64,000 nt of DNA from Tubulanus polymorphus (taxonomy: Eukaryota; Animalia; Nemertea): NCBI RefSeq assembly GCF_964204645.1, contig NC_134031.1, positions 9,920,001 through 9,984,000 on the forward strand, written 5' to 3'. Below are positions 60,789-64,000 of this stretch, piece after piece. The position numbers and the translations under genes were made by a program. The notes beneath the pieces are model-generated. The model was given only the letters and a program-made list of their open reading frames with translations, did no database searches and was not told the origin of the DNA. Each line of letters begins with the position of its first letter. Positions within the stretch are counted from its first letter, which is position 1.

Positions 60789-63700
60789 TTATAATACATA
60801 TTTTTATTAAAATTTGATAAACACGTTAGAATTCTTTTCATTATCTCGTTCTCTTTTGTTTCTTCTGTTTTAAATTTTAAGTATTCATCTAAATTACAAC
60901 CATAAGCAACTGTATGAATTCCATCATCTAAAATATATCTTTTATCATCAAATGGGTTTAGACTATCTTTCAATTTCTTCAATAAACATTTCATGATCTT
61001 CAGATCTTAAACATCTCGTCTTATGTTTTCTAACTTCTTCATTGAATATACAATTGATGTAATCTTTGAAATGAATATTCTTTTCTACTACACTTTTGGT
61101 TATTCCTTTAAACTTTTTAGCTTCCTGTTCTTTAGTTTTATATGAATACATTTTCGATCTAATACCAATGAATTCAATCATTTCTTCACCGCCTAATTCA
61201 TCTTTGAATTTACCAGGAACTTTTTTATTATCATTGCTAAACAATTCATGATCTTTAGGATAGTTACTAAAATCAAAATGATGTTTTAATGTTTTTAAAT
61301 CATCAGTCATGTAATCAGTTTTTATCTTTAATATGTAAGAATCGGTATCAAAATATAATATTTCTATATGTTTTTCTCCAAAAAGTGGTTGTAATACATT
61401 ATAATAGAATTCATACATAAGTAATTTTGATAATTCTAAAACTGATGCTCCAACATAGATTGGTTTATTAAATTTCCTTGATGTTCTTCTCATCTTAACT
61501 GCGGCTAAATTTTCATCAAATATTCTGTTACCAATGAACTTAGGATATGATTGTAAATGTCTAATTCTTTTACCATTACTGACTAACTCAATATCATTTC
61601 TATTTCTAATATTTTCACAAGTCTTACCATAGAATGCATTATTCATTAACTTGAAGAAATCTTTCTCGAAATCAGTTTTAGCTTCAGTTCTCTGTTTGGT
61701 GTTAAAATCTATATATTTTTCTAACCACTTAGATTGACTAAATGAAATATATCTATGTACTTTTTTTAGAACCATTCCTTGTTTTAGATAAAACTTTAAC
61801 ATTCTATAATGTACTACATAATTATATTTATCTTCTTGAGTTACCATTAACTTTTCTGTATGAATATGATTTTCGGGTTTAATTCTTTTTTGGTAATTTG
61901 ATAGTTCTTCATGAGTTACAGTTTTATGTTCGGGACAGTAAACTAGATTTCTAGATTTAAATTTTTTATCTTCAGGATATTCTAAATCTACAACAAAAAA
62001 GTAACCAGTATCTGAATCATCTGCAATATCTAGGATTCTTTTCTTCCAATCAAATTTATCATTATTTTCATGTTGTAAAACTTCACTTATTTCAAATACT
62101 CCATAAGGTTGTGGTTCCATCATTGCCCAACCATACAAATCATTTGCATCTATATATAATAACTTATATCCAGGGTTATCATTTACATTGAAATATCTAT
62201 CGCCTAATACACCCGTAACTCCTCCTCTTATAGATTTTTCAAATAATAATAATTGATCTACATTTGTTAACAAATCCATTTTTATATCTGTAAATTTTAA
62301 TCCACAATCCCATGTTAAACCTGGTGATGAATAACAATGACATGGATCAATATTAAAATATTTTAGGTTTACATCTCTAAACCTTTCGAATATATCGGTT
62401 AATAATAATACATCTGATTTTAGATATGAATCTACTAATTGTCCATGATTTTCTATTTTGAAATGATTCCAAATATTCAATGTTCTATTATATACTTCAT
62501 CTTTAACATATTCATTTTTTAATTCATCATAGAATTGTTCTTTTAATAATTCAGTTATGTTAAAATCATTATGATTTTTATAGAAAGAATATGGAATTGC
62601 TCCTTTATATCTCATTAATTGGAAATCATCATCATTTGGGTAGTGTTGTTTTAATATTTTCAATTCATCATCAACTAATGATTTTGATAAGTTATCTAAT
62701 GAACTATTTAAAAATCTATATGAATCTATAAATCTTAGGCAACCAAATTGGAATGATATATAATTCTCAGATGTTTTAGCTAACATTCTAAATTTATAAG
62801 TTGGTATTTTATCTTTTGATCTATTTGAATTTAATCTTTCTATTTCATTATTGATTTCTTCTATTTTATGGCATAACTGTTTGATGAATAAATGTGCATC
62901 ATATCCTGATAGATTATGAAATATAACTGGTACAAAGTTAATTTTCTTAGCTTGTCAGTTACAATTCTCATGTGCAGCGCCTCTAAACTTTCCATTCAAA
63001 TGATCATGGTCTCTTACTTTTGTATCTTTATAATTAAATGTCTTTTCACAATAATAACATTTATCTGCAAACGCAAATTCTTCTTTATCTTCTTCTGTCA
63101 TTATAATTTCTATATTTTTATTTAACTTTTCATTAAATTTTATTTCATATTCAATTAATAAGTCACAAAAATGATTGATAACATTTTCATTTCTGTAATG
63201 ATAATATTCACTTTTAAATAGTTCTGGATAATCAGATTTAATATATAACCCGAAAGCTGCAGCTGATTGATGAATCTTTTTAATAGTATTTGTTATTGGT
63301 GGTTCATCTGAAAAATCATTTTCATTAGAATTTAATTTCTTTCTTTTATAATGTATTTCTTTTCTATCTTGATCAGTTAGTTCCTTATTTAATGATTCAA
63401 AATCTCCATATATGACAAATGGAACTTTATTTTTGTAATCATATTTTTTGAATTCTAATATTCTATCCTTTTCATTTGGTAAAACTAATTTACAATAATC
63501 ATGATTTTCACATAATTGTTTATGATTAAATAATGTACTTTCATTACTGAATCTATGTAAACATTTTCTACAAAGATATATTTTATGGTGATCATTTTCT
63601 GATTTAAAAAATAAATCGATTTGTTAATCCACATATAATGATTCTCATAATATAGTATATCTATAACATCATTTGAATCATAATCTTTTGATAGATATAA

Positions 63701-64000
63701 AGGTTCTAATGTATAATGTTTTATGTTGTTACCTTTTGTATTTGGTAATTTGATTAAATCAAATACATTTATTCTCAAATTATTATCTCTTTCTATCTTT
63801 GGGATGTTTTTAATTATAACAGATACTTATGTATCTTATCATTATTTTCAAATTGTTTATAATTTGTTAATCTATAAGTATGTTTATTATAATCTTCAAC
63901 TGGGTATAAGCAACTTATTATAGCCCCTTGAAAACATTTATCATCTTCATTTTGTACATTTATTACAGCATTAGTTTTAAATGGTAGTTTAATATAACTC
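60743..64000 (-). pseudogene. polB: Protein-primed family B DNA polymerase, copy 3, intein-free; 607-aa core intact, frameshifts at both ends; 5' end outside the window
   Basis: YGDFES, RDHDHLNGKFRGAAH, FHNLSGYDAHL, YLKSDVLLL, YIDANDLYGWAM, KLMNNAFYGK, YFDTDS, PGKFKDE and KGI motifs. Confidence 0.96.

Larger units (their letters stand above)
47507..64000. mobile_element. Most complete Polinton/Maverick (lineage B); left terminus at 47507, truncated by the window end inside polB
   Basis: AGT-starting terminus plus integrase, ATPase, MCP, penton and polB in one block; most genes carry only one to a few lesions. Confidence 0.93.

Overview
AT-rich animal-like genomic DNA, probably a marine invertebrate (inferred only from the repeat types); no host gene is recognisable. 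The window is a dense cluster of decayed Polinton/Maverick (adintovirus-like) elements: about 8 segments from at least two lineages, in both orientations. They carry protein-primed PolB, a retroviral-type integrase with chromodomain, an A32/FtsK-like packaging ATPase, major and minor capsid proteins and several conserved unknown ORFs. The most complete copy is 47507-64000 and runs off the window. The segments are peppered with non-autonomous Helentron-type (HINE-like), Kolobok-like, piggyBac-like and AT-TSD foldback elements, LINE fragments and satellites. The standout observation is an intein with a LAGLIDADG homing endonuclease inserted at the Pol-c site (YFD|TD) of one Polinton polB (17758-20235, minus); an intein-free allele (YFDTDS) is in the same window. 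Most Polinton genes start at a poxvirus-late-promoter-like T-tract/TAAATG motif, and the best copy has a free-standing HNH nuclease of a type seen in large DNA viruses. Together these suggest a virophage-like element that shared cells with a nucleocytovirus (inference). Other oddities: a GC-rich palindrome inserted in-frame in three unrelated genes, a 265-bp terminal hairpin, and a copy-back-like mini-element. All calls come from motif reading and by-eye alignment, with no database search; coordinates of decayed genes are approximate.
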